DNA from: an uncultured Chthonomonadaceae bacterium
GTDB taxonomy: Bacteria > Armatimonadota > Chthonomonadetes > Chthonomonadales > Chthonomonadaceae
Reading direction: 5' to 3'
NCBI GenBank assembly: GCA_963817895.1
Contig: CAWFQB010000014.1
Location: 384,001-448,000 of the forward strand
Length of the DNA stretch: 64,000 nt
In this document: positions 31,109 to 41,939 of the stretch, piece by piece
How positions within the stretch are numbered: position 1 is the first letter of the stretch
Layout: every line of letters starts with the position of its first letter
Translations under genes and position numbers: made by a program
The notes under the pieces: generated by a model
The model's database searches: none
Told to the model about the DNA's origin: nothing
What the model saw: the letters and a program-made list of their open reading frames with translations, nothing else

Positions 31109-33728
31109 CTACCGTACCGCCACGTTTGCCCGTTCGTGAACGACTATTTGCGGGTTCTGCGTCAGGGCGTCCGCCTCATCCTCGCGTCCAAGCGCGCGCA
31201 GCAGGGAGGCGTATTTGTCGCGGCAGTCCGCGGTTTGTTTGTGTTCGCCTCCCAGAGCGGTGGTTAAAATGGAAAGGGCGCGGCAATAGTGGCCTTCGGC
31301 CTCCTCATATTTCCCCTGCTCGTCATACATGGAAGCCAGAACTCATATTCACCTCGGCGACAAAAGGATGCTCCGCGCCACAGACTTTCTCCAGAATGGC
31401 AAGCGATTTGCGGTACAGGGTTCCCGCTTCCACATAGCGCTGAAGCTGCTCGCACACTTCGGCCAGATTGTTCAGCATCATAGCAGTCAGGGGATCATCG
31501 GGGCCAAGTGTTTTGTTAAAGATGTCATACGCGCGGCGATAAAGTGGCTCCGCTTCCTCTATGCGCCCCTGTTTATGAAGCAACATCGCCAGATTGTTGA
31601 CGCTTCCAGCAGTCAATTCATTGTCCGGGCCGAGCGCAGTTTCGTAGATATGCACAGCGCGTTGGCACAACGGTTCCGCTTCCACGTACCGCTTCTGATC
31701 CGTGTACAGCGCGGCAAGGGTACTCAAGCACTCTGCGACATGGGGATGGTCGGGGCCGGAATGTTCCTCCTCTATATGCAATGCGCGAGTGTACAACGAT
31801 TCCGCTTCCGCATAACGCTGCTGACGGTAATACAGCGAGGCCAGACTGAGGCAACGCGCGGCAACGGCGGGGGCGTTGGCACCTAATGATTTTTCCCGCA
31901 AGGCCAGCGCCTTCGCCATCAGCGGTTCGGCAAGCGCGTAGTACGCCCGGTCATACAGATAATCGCCGAGTTAAATCAACAATTCTACGGCTTCTTCAAA
32001 CTCGTAATTCTCCGCCGCAACATGGTCGGCGCAAACCAGCGCGTGGGACAGCAGGCGCTCACAGACAGGCCAATTTTCAACCGTCACTTCGGGAAACGCC
32101 AGACTGACCGCCCTCACCGCCCGCTCCGTCCACAATTCGCGCTGCGTGTCGTCGAGATTCTGGCGCGTCACGGCCTGCACCAGACGGTGAACGTCGTAGC
32201 TGTTGGACTGCCGTTGCCGATGCGCCAGCGAGTAGCGCGTCAGGGGCAGCAGCAGATCATCCAGAACCAGTTCGTCTTCGTCGGCTCCGTCCAGCGCGTC
32301 TGCCAATTTCGCGCCAAGCCGCGAACCGGCTTTGATGAGTAGTTCCAGCGGAATACGTTCCGGGGCCAGAAACGCGCTCAGATTAAGCAGTTCTACGGAA
32401 GCCGGGGATTTGCGCTGTATCAACTGGAAGTTGATGTCCCACGTCGTGGCGACCGAATGGGCGTAATCGCCCTGTACCGGGTCCTGCGCGTTGAGCAGGG
32501 CCAGACGCCGCTTCTTAAAGGATTTCAGGTAGCTTTGAAACGGCGTATCGTTTTGCCCGACATACGCGGCGGCCTGCTCCAGCGCGAGGGGCAGTCCGCC
32601 CAGTTCCACGCCTAACTGTTTCGCCGCCGCGCACTCCTCCGGCTCGGCGTTTTCGCGCCCCGTGCTTTTCAGCAGAAACGCCTGCGCTTCGTTCGGCGAC
32701 AGTTCCGGCAAGGTCAGCGGCATGGCGATCCCCAGTGCGCGCACATCCTGCGAGCGCGTCGTCAGCAATACGCAGCCACTGTGAATTACAGGCAGAAACG
32801 GCTTCACGGCAGCCGGCGCGTCCACATTATCCAGTATCAGCAGCCATTTTTCGTTGCAACTGAGCCACTGCTTCACCGCCTCCCGCGTTTCGTCCTGATT
32901 CGACGAGTCCTGTTCCGGCAAATTCAGCAATTTGGCAATGGCAACGAAATCAGTTTTTAATTCCTGCTCGTTTTCCGCCCGCGCCCACAAAACCGCGCTG
33001 TATTCTTCCCGGTACTGGTACGCATATTCGACCGCCATTTGCGTCTTGCCGATGCCGCCTAATCCGGTCAGCGCCTGTATCGCCGTTGTGCGCCCGCCGC
33101 CGATAAGCGCCTGATGCAGCGCGGCCAGTTGATCTTCGCGCCCCGTGAAAAAGGCGAGGCGCGGATGCGGCACCTGAAACGGCGCATTGGCGGTTGGGAA
33201 ATCGGGACGGGAACTCTCCGCGCTGAGAGAGGATGGGGGCGCGGCAACAACCGCCTGCGCTTCCGGCTTGCGACTGCCCAGGAACGAGGGGCGCGAGGTC
33301 GGCTTGGCGCGCTCCGTAACCTTGATCTGCGCCAGCAGGATTTCGCGGGCATCCTGCTCCTCCTTTCCAACAAGATCAATGTACACGATCTGCCGCAGCA
33401 GGCCGGTCAGTTCACACTCTTCCACCCTAATCGGTATCAGCTTGCGCCCCACGCTGGTCGGGTCGTCCGCAAACGCCGCCGCCCATTCCGGGCGCGTGAA
33501 AATAGAAGCGATATACGTGGGCGACAAGAGCGCCAGTGTCCGCTCGGCGTTTTTCGCAGCCTCATCCATTTCCACGACGAAGTTGCTGCCCGCCCCAAAG
33601 TCCCACGCCTGCACAATCGCCGTATAGCCCGCTTCTTCCAGTTCCCAGGCAACCCACTCAGCCCAGTGCCGATCTTTCTGGTTGTAACTGATAAAAAAAT
33701 CTTTAGTCGCTTTGCCCGGAAATGCCAT
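31109..33728 (-). CDS. TIR + NB-ARC (STAND) + TPR NLR-like protein (frameshifts near 31975 and 31335)
   Basis: TIR DFFISY..LLSPTY..RPEW; Walker A GLGGIGKT; Walker B LLILDN; GLPLAL; VHRLVQ; 42 aa TPRs (GPDHP, NNLA). Confidence 0.9.
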
Positions 33729-33802
33729 TGGTACTCCTTTGGGGAGGCACGAGATACCAGATATTAGAACTACGATGCAACCTCTTTACTCGTATCTCAT
33801 AT

Positions 33803-36800
33803 CTAGCGCCTTATGACTGGCAGCGGAACGTTTTTGTCGGCATCCGACAGGCCGAAAAGATTGGGATGCTGTCCGGCATACTTCGCGCTCACTTGCTGCG
33901 GAACCCAGTAGTCCAGCGCGCGCAGCAGAACGGTATCGTTTGTGTACAAATCCGGGGTCATGCCGCCGTTCAGCGCTTTTAGAATGTAGTAGGTGAACAC
34001 GCCGTGCTTGAGGTCGTCGGCTTCGTAACTGACTTCAGTGGACGCGGAAGCCGCGAAAACCAGAATGTTGTTTTTCCAGGCCGAGCGCATCGTATCGGTT
34101 TGCATTTGAAAGCGCGTGTTGGGCGCAGCATCCAGAGTCTTGCTGACGCCGCCTGCAAAGCAGTGGTCTACCATCAAAATGATATGCTTCGCGTCCACCT
34201 TCGCCAGTTGGTCCAGAATTTCCTGCCAGGAATAGCCGTTTTCAACCGTGTTCCCGCCCGCGCCATTGTCATGCGTGATAACGTTGACGGGAGCCAGGTA
34301 AAAGGTCTTGCGGCCCGCGTCATCGTTCCCGGTAAAGCCGTGACAGGAGAAATACAGCAGCACGGTGTCGGACGACTTCACGTTGACGAGCAACTCCTTC
34401 AATTTAGTTTGGATGTTTGCCTTTGTGGCCTTCTGGTCGTCCAGCAACTCGGTATGCACTTCGCTGAACAGCTTATTGCCGTTCATCCGAAAGAATCCCT
34501 CCATGTCCTTCGCGTCGGCGGCGGCATAATTTAGATGCAGATCCTGGTTGATGTAATCACTGATGCCCACCGAAAGCATATACAGATGCGGTGGTTTGGA
34601 ACTGCCGCTCCCGTCCACCACCACGTCCACAGCATCATCGCTCATGCCGCTGTCATTTGTGGCGAAGATGTGAATGGTATTCTTGCCCGAATTCAGATTG
34701 TCAACTACGCGCAGCCGTTCCCCGGTATTCCGGTCGTATGTTTTCGATGTTTTCGTTTCCAATGCTCTTCCTCTGCCGGTTGCAATAACGGCGAAGGTTT
34801 TGGAATGGTTGAGGGCGGTCTGCACGTTGAGCAGCGGGTCGGGCGTCTGGTAGCGGAGATGCAGGGCGATCTTTGAGGCATCGGTGTGATACGCGCCATC
34901 CGCGTCGAGCGGCAACACTTTTCCGTTTACCGTCACGCTCAGATTACTTTTGTCCAGTTTGGGAACGACGGCGATTTGCCGGGACAGAGGCGTGTCCAGA
35001 TCGGGCGCTTCTTTGCCATTGTACACGGCAGCGAGAGCAGATTTCAGGACGCCTGTTTTGCCCACCTGCGCAATCACATCCGGCTGGTAAAATTGCGGAG
35101 ACTGAAACAACTCGCGGAATTCGGCGGGCCTGTCCAAGCCCCGGTTGATGTGCCAGCCCAAAACGTAATCGCCTGCCGGGGACGCGGCATAACAGCCGTT
35201 TTGCGCCCACGCCGCCCACACGCCCCCCTCGCCCGCGAAAATGCCGAGCAGAGCGGCAACGGAGGGAGAGGGCTTTTGCGGACTCACGATTGCGAACGTG
35301 GAAGTATCCAACTGCTGATAGGCGCGTCGTTGCGCGTTCAGGCGCGGGGGTTCCGCGCTCGTCGCGCCCATGTCTTCGGGGCTGGCGGAACCGGCGCGCG
35401 CGGCGGATTTCAAACTCCACAGACGGACGGTTTGATCCACGCCGCCGGACGCGACATACCGGCCCTGCGGGTCTACAGCCAGCGCGAGTACCGGCCCCTC
35501 ATGCCCCTCGAAATCCACCATTTTGTGGGCGCGTTGGCCGCTGATGTCGTACACGCTCAAATACAGGTCGGAACCGACTACCACTCTCTTGCCATCGGGC
35601 GTGAAACTGAAACAGCGCAGGCGGTCCGTTTCGCTCAATGTAATGCGGTGCGTGGCCCGCCCGCTTGCGTCGCGCACAATCACCCCGCTATGATCGGGCA
35701 TCTCCTGCAACGAAAATGGCTCGGTACCGCGTTTGCCGCCACCTGCAAGCGTATGCTGCGCTTCCGTCCACTCGTACTTTGCCGCGTCGAATTCCGGGTC
35801 GGGAATACCGGCGTCCAACTCAAACGCATGTTCCACACTGGCATGTTCCAGTTTCGCGCTGCCGAACGAGTTGCCCCACGCCACGCGCCTGCCGTCGGCT
35901 GACCACGCGACGGTGAACACCGGTTCGCCCGGCCCCTGGAACGAGCGCAGCTTTGCCCCGGTTTTCGCGTTCCACAGATACACCATGCCGTAGGCGTCGC
36001 CACTGGCGGCGGTTTCGCCGTCCGACGCAAATGCCACGCTGTAAATCGTCGTGTTGTGCCATTTGAAAATCTGAATCTGGCGATTGTTTTCCAGCGACCA
36101 GACGCGGGCGGACACATCCGCGCCCCGACTGCCGCTGCCGCTGATCAGGCGCGTGCCTTTGCTGTTGAAAGCCAGACAGGTGACGCTGTCGTTTTGCACC
36201 GTGAACGGCGACTGCTCCACAAACTTCTGCGCGGGGTTTCGCAGGTGAATAATGCCGTCTTCCGCGCCGTAGGCCAGCAGCCCCTGCGGATACTGCTGCG
36301 AGACAGGGGCCACCGCCAGGCACAAAATGTCGCTGCCACAGGTGAATGTGCGTTTTGATTTCGCGTGATGGGCGGCATCCAGCTGCCAGATGCGCAACAC
36401 GCCCTGATGCTCTTCGTCATTCACGCGCCAGCTTGTGGCCGCGACCCAACTGCCGTTCGCGCCGAACGCCACGCCCGTCATATACTCGTCTTCGTCCACC
36501 GTCAGCGTTTGCGATACGCGCGCGCCGGTGTTCCTGCCGCCGAATATACTGCCCCGGTTATCAACCGCGCTGTCGGCTGTGTTCGCGCCGGTATTCGCGC
36601 TTGCATTCTTAGTTTTCGATCTGGCGGACTTGCCGCCCCGCGAGGCTGCTGTCGAGGCTCCACAATACTACTTTGTGGTCGGTTCCGCAGGAGGCGAGCA
36701 GGCGGGCGTCCGGGGAATAGGCCAGGCTCGTAATCGTGCCTTTGTGTCCCTTCAGCCGCTGCGTCAGCGCGCCCGTAACCACATCGGTGAGCAGAATATC

Positions 36801-37181
36801 GCTGTCGGCTTTCGCGTCCCTGCCGCTGGAACCCAGCGCCAGTTGGCGCGGCTGTTTGGGATTCAGCGCGGCGGCGTGAAATAGTCCCTCAAACCCGTCG
36901 CCGATCTGGTAGCGCCACGCATCGGCATGGCCATCCGTCAGCGGATGGACGCGCGCCACTTTGTCCGAGCCGCAGGAGATCAGCCGGACGCTGTTCAGGT
37001 TGGCAGGGTCGGCGGGAGTGAAAATCAGGCTATGTACCGCGCCGATATGCCCGCCCGTTTCCATACGGAATCGAACGTCCGGCTTGTCCGTAAGTTCCAC
37101 CTGCGCGCCGCTGCGGATGCCGGCAAGCGGCAGCGCAACCAGCGCCAGAAGCGCCCACCGATTTTTGTCAGCTAACAACAT
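33803..37181 (-). CDS. Exported WD40-repeat + caspase-family (peptidase C14) protein (frameshift near 36655)
   Basis: RBS aaggag and signal peptide; many GH..WD repeats; LSVGISDY, YFSCHG, VDHCFAG dyad, HGVFTY, QHP. Confidence 0.88.
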
Positions 37182-37217
37182 CCTGACCTCTCCTTTACTT
37201 TTCAACAAAGCACTACA

Positions 37218-37317
37218 GGCCCTCAACCCCTGACCCCTTCTCCCAAGTTTGGGAGAAGGGGAATCTATTAGCCTCAAGCCCTGGCCTCTTCTGCCAAATT
37301 GGGAGAAGGGGAACCTG
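37218..37317. repeat. Tandem pair of REP-like palindromes
   Basis: ccccttctcccaa..ttgggagaagggg hairpin plus a degenerate second copy. Confidence 0.85.
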
Positions 37318-37329
37318 ATGGAAAAGGCT

Positions 37330-38001
37330 CTAAAACGAGAACCCTAATCCAAGCGCGAAACGGTTCAGGTCGGCGGAACGGTCGCGCAGATACCATTGAC
37401 TGGCGTTGATGCTGATGCGCGGCGCGATTTCTATCGATCCCGATACAAAGAAAGAAAAATCCGATGTGTCCTGCCCTGCGCTGACATCGCGCAGCAGACC
37501 CAGTCCAAACTCCACCGACCAGCGTGGACGCGCCCGACGCGCAAACTGCTGCGAAGTCAGGTCGTACACCACAAAACCGCTGTACGTATGGCCGGAGGCC
37601 AGCTTGTTCGTGGAACTGATGTAGCTTAACTGAACGCCGATTTGCGGCGTGAAGAAGGCGCGGCCCTGAATCTGGTACAGATCGCTGCTGCCCTTGTTCC
37701 AGTACCAGCCGCCGATTTCCAGCGCGCTGCGTGTGCGTGGCAATTTTACGCCCACGTCGCCCGCAACCAACAGGCCCGAGTCCGAAACCGCGCCCGCAAC
37801 CGTGTCGGTGATGCGTCCGCCCGTCGCGAAAATCGCTACCGGGTACAGGGATAAGGAGCCATAGGGAACCGCTTTCTGGCTGGCAGTGGCTTCGTAACGC
37901 GCATTGCCGGTGAAGCCCGCGAATTGCGCCCGCGCGGGAGAAATCGAAGCCGCCCCCGCCATCAGCGCGAGCAGGGGCGCGGTTCCATGCGAAAACTTCA
38001 C
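37330..38001 (-). CDS. Putative outer-membrane beta-barrel protein
   Basis: Signal peptide ending ARA; alternating amphipathic strands; C-terminal LGLGFSF Bam-type signal. Confidence 0.7.
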   Translation of the reverse strand: MKFSHGTAPLLALMAGAASISPARAQFAGFTGNARYEATASQKAVPYGSLSLYPVAIFATGGRITDTVAGAVSDSGLLVAGDVGVKLPRTRSALEIGGWYWNKGSSDLYQIQGRAFFTPQIGVQLSYISSTNKLASGHTYSGFVVYDLTSQQFARRARPRWSVEFGLGLLRDVSAGQDTSDFSFFVSGSIEIAPRISINASQWYLRDRSADLNRFALGLGFSF

Positions 38002-38056
38002 GTGTCGCTCCTTCCGGTTGTTCAAACAGATTGTTCATACAGGCGGCGTGAAGCCG

Positions 38057-38270
38057 TTAATTCACGTTAATCGCGCCTGTCCCGACCGCGACCTGAATGG
38101 TTAATTCATAGGACTGCGTAGGGCGCGGTAGCAATGGAAGCAGGCGGATTTTCCGTGTCAATGATGGTGGCATTCGTTCCGGGCGGCGCGATATTTCCCG
38201 TTGTCTCAGGGTTCCGATAGAGTAACCGGGACAAAAGCAATTGATTAGCGTCAAATCGTTGTGTGAGCAT
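38057..38270 (-). CDS. Possible ~70 aa small protein or gene remnant (needs one frameshift near 38122)
   Basis: MLTQRF..ATAP joined to TQSYELTIQVAVGTGAINVN*; TATAAT at 38325-38330 upstream; no clear RBS. Confidence 0.3.
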
Positions 38271-38490
38271 GAATGCATATTCGTTGTAAAACCGGAGGAT
38301 TGCAAGCGGTCGGTAATTTTTTCTATTATAGCGTAAAAAGGAGAAAAACAGTATAAAACACAGGTAAATGAGCTTCGCCTCACTAATTTTCTTCGGCATG
38401 CTTTTTTCAGAACCGTTGTGCGGTATGTAAATGGGGAAAGGTACTCTCCCCGCCATGAAGCTCCACAACTTTGTTTCGTTTGAACGGCGG

Positions 38491-38699
38491 CGCGTACGCT
38501 CTTCCCCGGTTTTCGGCGCGGGCAGAACCGTTTACGTCGGATCAGAAGACAGAACGCTGTACGCGCTGGATGGAACCTCGGGTACGATGAAATGGCCGAC
38601 TAACGGGCTTAGTACCTTTCTTTTTGCCTCCCGACTATCGGTAAGAACGGCACAATTTACATCGGCTCCACTTCGGGATATGCCCTAGCCATCAAGTGA
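38491..38699 (+). pseudogene. C-terminal remnant of a PQQ-like beta-propeller gene
   Basis: VRSSPVF..TVYVGSEDRTLYALDGTSGTMKW, then shifted PTIGKNGTIYIGS..AIK*. Confidence 0.7.
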
Positions 38700-38820
38700 C
38701 AAGTAGGTTGTCAAGTTGTCAGGCGTTTTCATGGCAGCCTTTACGCGCCTTCCATACGCTTGATTCAGGCGAAGGCGTAACCGGACAACCTGACAACTAA
38801 CAACCTGACAACCTACTTGT
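38699..38820. repeat. STRR-like inverted repeat array, same family as 3172-3285
   Basis: acaagtaggttgtca pairs with tgacaacctacttgt; the 18-mer cctgacaactaacaacct is shared with 3260-3277. Confidence 0.8.
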
Positions 38821-39382
38821 TCACGCTGATGCTGCCCAGAACCACGCTTGCGCTGCGTTCGCGCACAAAGCAGCCCTGGCCGTCGGCCTGACTGCCTGCC
38901 GCGCCCGCGCCTGTATTGAATTCCACGCACACCACATCACCGTCCTGCGCATGGTCGAAAATGCCGACATGCTGCGGGCGCGGGCCCCCATTGAACGAAA
39001 ACAGCACCGGATCGCCGGGATGAATGGCCGATGCCGTCGTGAATGGTTTCCAGACGCCTTTCTCCTTCGCGGCATCCATGATAGAGCCGCAGGAGGGTGA
39101 CGGATCGAAGTAGTGGGGAATGTCGTCGGCCAGAATGGACTGAAGCGTGGCGTTGTCCGTCGCCTGCCCGCTCAGAAACGCGTAGGCTTTCATGTAGCAG
39201 AACGCCACGCCCATCGCGCAGTAGGGTTCCCCCTGCAAATCGAAGAAATGCTCGATCTTGTCAATCTCCGTGCCGTCATTGTGTCCGGTCGCTTCGTGCA
39301 GGTGGCTGGCGGCAAAGGCATGCGCGATTTCCAGAGCTTTCGGCGCAAGCTGCGCGCCGGTAATGTGAGTGGTAGCGGTCAT
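38813..39382 (-). CDS. CHAP-like amidase/peptidase, no signal peptide
   Basis: PYCAMGV, PGD.VLF, HVGI, VEFNT; RBS aggagg. Confidence 0.8.
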   Translation of the reverse strand: MTATTHITGAQLAPKALEIAHAFAASHLHEATGHNDGTEIDKIEHFFDLQGEPYCAMGVAFCYMKAYAFLSGQATDNATLQSILADDIPHYFDPSPSCGSIMDAAKEKGVWKPFTTASAIHPGDPVLFSFNGGPRPQHVGIFDHAQDGDVVCVEFNTGAGAAGSQADGQGCFVRERSASVVLGSISVNK

Positions 39383-39627
39383 AGAGTCCTCCTGTTCAAG
39401 CAGAATATTCTTCATCAATATTCGCGTCTTTACAGAAAACTCCTGCACTTCTTTCAATTCTATAGAAATATTTCTATGAACATACGCGCCATAAGGCTAA
39501 CCCCTGCTGACTTTTAAATGACTCTCGTTTATTTACATGATGTTGGATGATGTCGCGCAGGGTATTCGGTGGAGGCAATTGACGTGGTTTGGCATGGCAG
39601 CGCAACGGGTTTCGCGTGTCGCGGGGT

Positions 39628-41033
39628 TCATTTTAGTTTTCCGATTTTCAGCAGCGTGAACGGATAGATCGTCGTGGCATAGATCGTGCCGTCATGGGCG
39701 ACGATCAGGGCCATGATGACGTGGAGCGGCGTGAGCGTTCCGTCCGGCAGGGTGTGGAAGCCATGACGCGGGCGCAGCGAACCGTCCGGGTTTTTCGCCT
39801 GAACGCCCGTGAAATCGAAGAAGTCCGGGTTCTTGACGGCAAACACGCCCAGGTCGTCCATCGCGCGCGTCTTCGGGGTGTAGCGAACCAGATGGTGCAG
39901 GTAGCCGGTCCCGAAGCCGGTTTTGTTGTCCACGCGAACCGCCGAGTAGACGCGCCCGTCGGGGCCGATGCTGATGGAACCGCGCGAGTCGGGGTTCTCG
40001 CCCTCGATCCGGTTGCCCAGGTTCGTGGCGATCACGGGCTGCCCCGCCGCGCCCGTCAGGTCCACCCGAAACATGCGCAGGTCATTCAGCAGCTGCAGGT
40101 ACGCGGTTTTGCCGTCGCGGGTTATCCGCCAGTCGGGATGGACGCGATCGGCGCCGATATAATCTCCGAAACGGCTTGCCCTCCACCAGCAGGGGATCAA
40201 CGCTCACCTTGTCCGTCGCGGGATCGTAACGGGCGATTTTGAAATCCGCAGTGATGGCCGTGCCGCGCCCCTGCGCGTCGATCAGGGTGTTGGGCTGGTC
40301 GCGCAGGATCGGACCGAGTTCGCGGTACTGCTTGGTCTTCGTGTCGTAGAGCATCCAGTGCTGTTCTTCGCAGGTGATGACATAGATCAGCCCGCGCGCT
40401 TCGTCGGCGGTCACGTCAATGACGCCCTGCCCCTCCTTCTTGCCCGCTGCGATCTGCGCGTCATCGAGCGGCATGGGCATGCCGAGGTTTTCGGCGGTAT
40501 CCGTTGCCGGGTCGTACACCATCACGTAGCCGCCGCGATAGGTGGGGATGTTTTCGCCCCGCGCAAGCGCCGCTTTCTCGGCGGGCGAGGGATAGCCCTG
40601 CTTGGAGCCGACATAGATTTTGCCGGACGCGCCGACAAAATTGCGCGTATGAATTTTGGACTGCGCGGCGTAGCCCGTGGGCGTCAGCGGCAGGCCGACG
40701 AGTTTATGCATATCCAGAACGACCCGCATCTGCTCGGTTTTGGGATCGAACTCGACCAGATAGGCATCCCTCCCGTACGCCGCCGCGCCGATATAGATTT
40801 TGCCGTTGCGCCCTTCGCACAGGGAAAAGTAGCCGGACTCTTCCGTCGTGGTTTCCGGCGGGATGTGGTAGGCTTTCGCCCGCACATACCGAAACGGCGC
40901 AGTCGGAGCCGGTTTCGTATCGTCGGCGCTGAATTGGGCCGCGAAGTCCGAAAAGCAGACAACAGGCCACGCAGATCGGAAATGCCGCGCGGCGATATGG
41001 GAACCGGGTTTTCAGGAAGGAGAGGGAAACCAT
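39628..41033 (-). CDS. Exported beta-propeller-like hypothetical protein (frameshifts near 40930 and 40170)
   Basis: Repeats NGKIYIG, SGKIYVG, YDPAT, DGRVY, DGTIY. Confidence 0.6.
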
Positions 41034-41466
41034 GTGTACCTCACAAAGATTAGTGAGGCCAGTATTCGCCTTTGCGCCCCGGGTTTCCTGTTAGCGTACA
41101 GAGTAAAAGAAATATGTAGAGACAGCGTCGAAATCTTGGCAATGCAGCGCTTCCAGCCCGGTGTCTCGTTATGTCAAGTTTTTATGAAGAGGCATCGTGA
41201 CCTCATGAGGGTCACGGCGACCGCGTATTTACAGGCATCTTTATTGCACCTCCCTTCCAGGTTAGATTGTTGAGAGGGCAGAGGAACTCCGAACTCTCAG
41301 CGTCCCGCCACCTGGCTGATTAGTAGATTTATGTCTGTATTCATAGACAGGAGGAGTGAGGCGATGGTTTCGGTCTTTTCTGGTTGCTGAACTCTTTTTT
41401 GCGATCTTTTTTGTGAGATGGTTGCGGTTGGCGGTGGGGGAGGAGCGGGGAGGGTGTTGCTGAGTT

Positions 41467-41493
41467 AGGGCAAACACGGGGCTTTGCCCCTAC
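41467..41493 (-). repeat. GTAG-type REP-like hairpin, single copy
   Basis: Minus strand reads gtaggggcaaagccccgtgtttgccct. Confidence 0.4.
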
Positions 41494-41680
41494 GTCGAAT
41501 TGGGAACGTAACCTTTCGGATGAGAACACGATGCGCGGGAGGGGTAACAGGAAGAAGGCCGATACAACCGGAGAAGACGCAAATGCGCCGAGCCAAGCGG
41601 GCTGGAAAAACGCAGATGCTCGGCCTCGATCTGAATGTTGATTTCCGCCGGGGCGACTAGTTTTTGAAGTTGTGCCACTC

Positions 41681-41739
41681 TGTTCACTGAATTGGGTTAT
41701 ATATACCTCTGTGGTAAATATAACCCAATTCAGTGAACA
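41681..41739. repeat. 59 bp palindrome with 22 bp perfect arms and TGT..ACA ends
   Basis: tgttcactgaattgggttatat (41681-41702) pairs with atataacccaattcagtgaaca (41718-41739). Confidence 0.9.
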
Positions 41740-41765
41740 TCTGGCAAGGGGCTGTTGTAAAGAAT

Positions 41766-41939
41766 ACAGGACAGGGCGAGGTTGTCCGGTTCCGTTGCGC
41801 CGCCGCGTGAAACCGGAAGGATGTGTTCGGCGGCAAACGATTCCGTCGTGAAGGACAGCGAAGAGCTGCAGTATTCACATCGCCGATTGGCTCGCTGCTC
41901 GACGGCGTGGCGCAGGCTTTTGGGGATGTACTCAGACAA
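41766..41939 (-). pseudogene. 3'-truncated HNH endonuclease
   Basis: RANRRCEYC..EHILPVSRGG..DNLALSC, then loses the second CxxCN. Confidence 0.8.
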
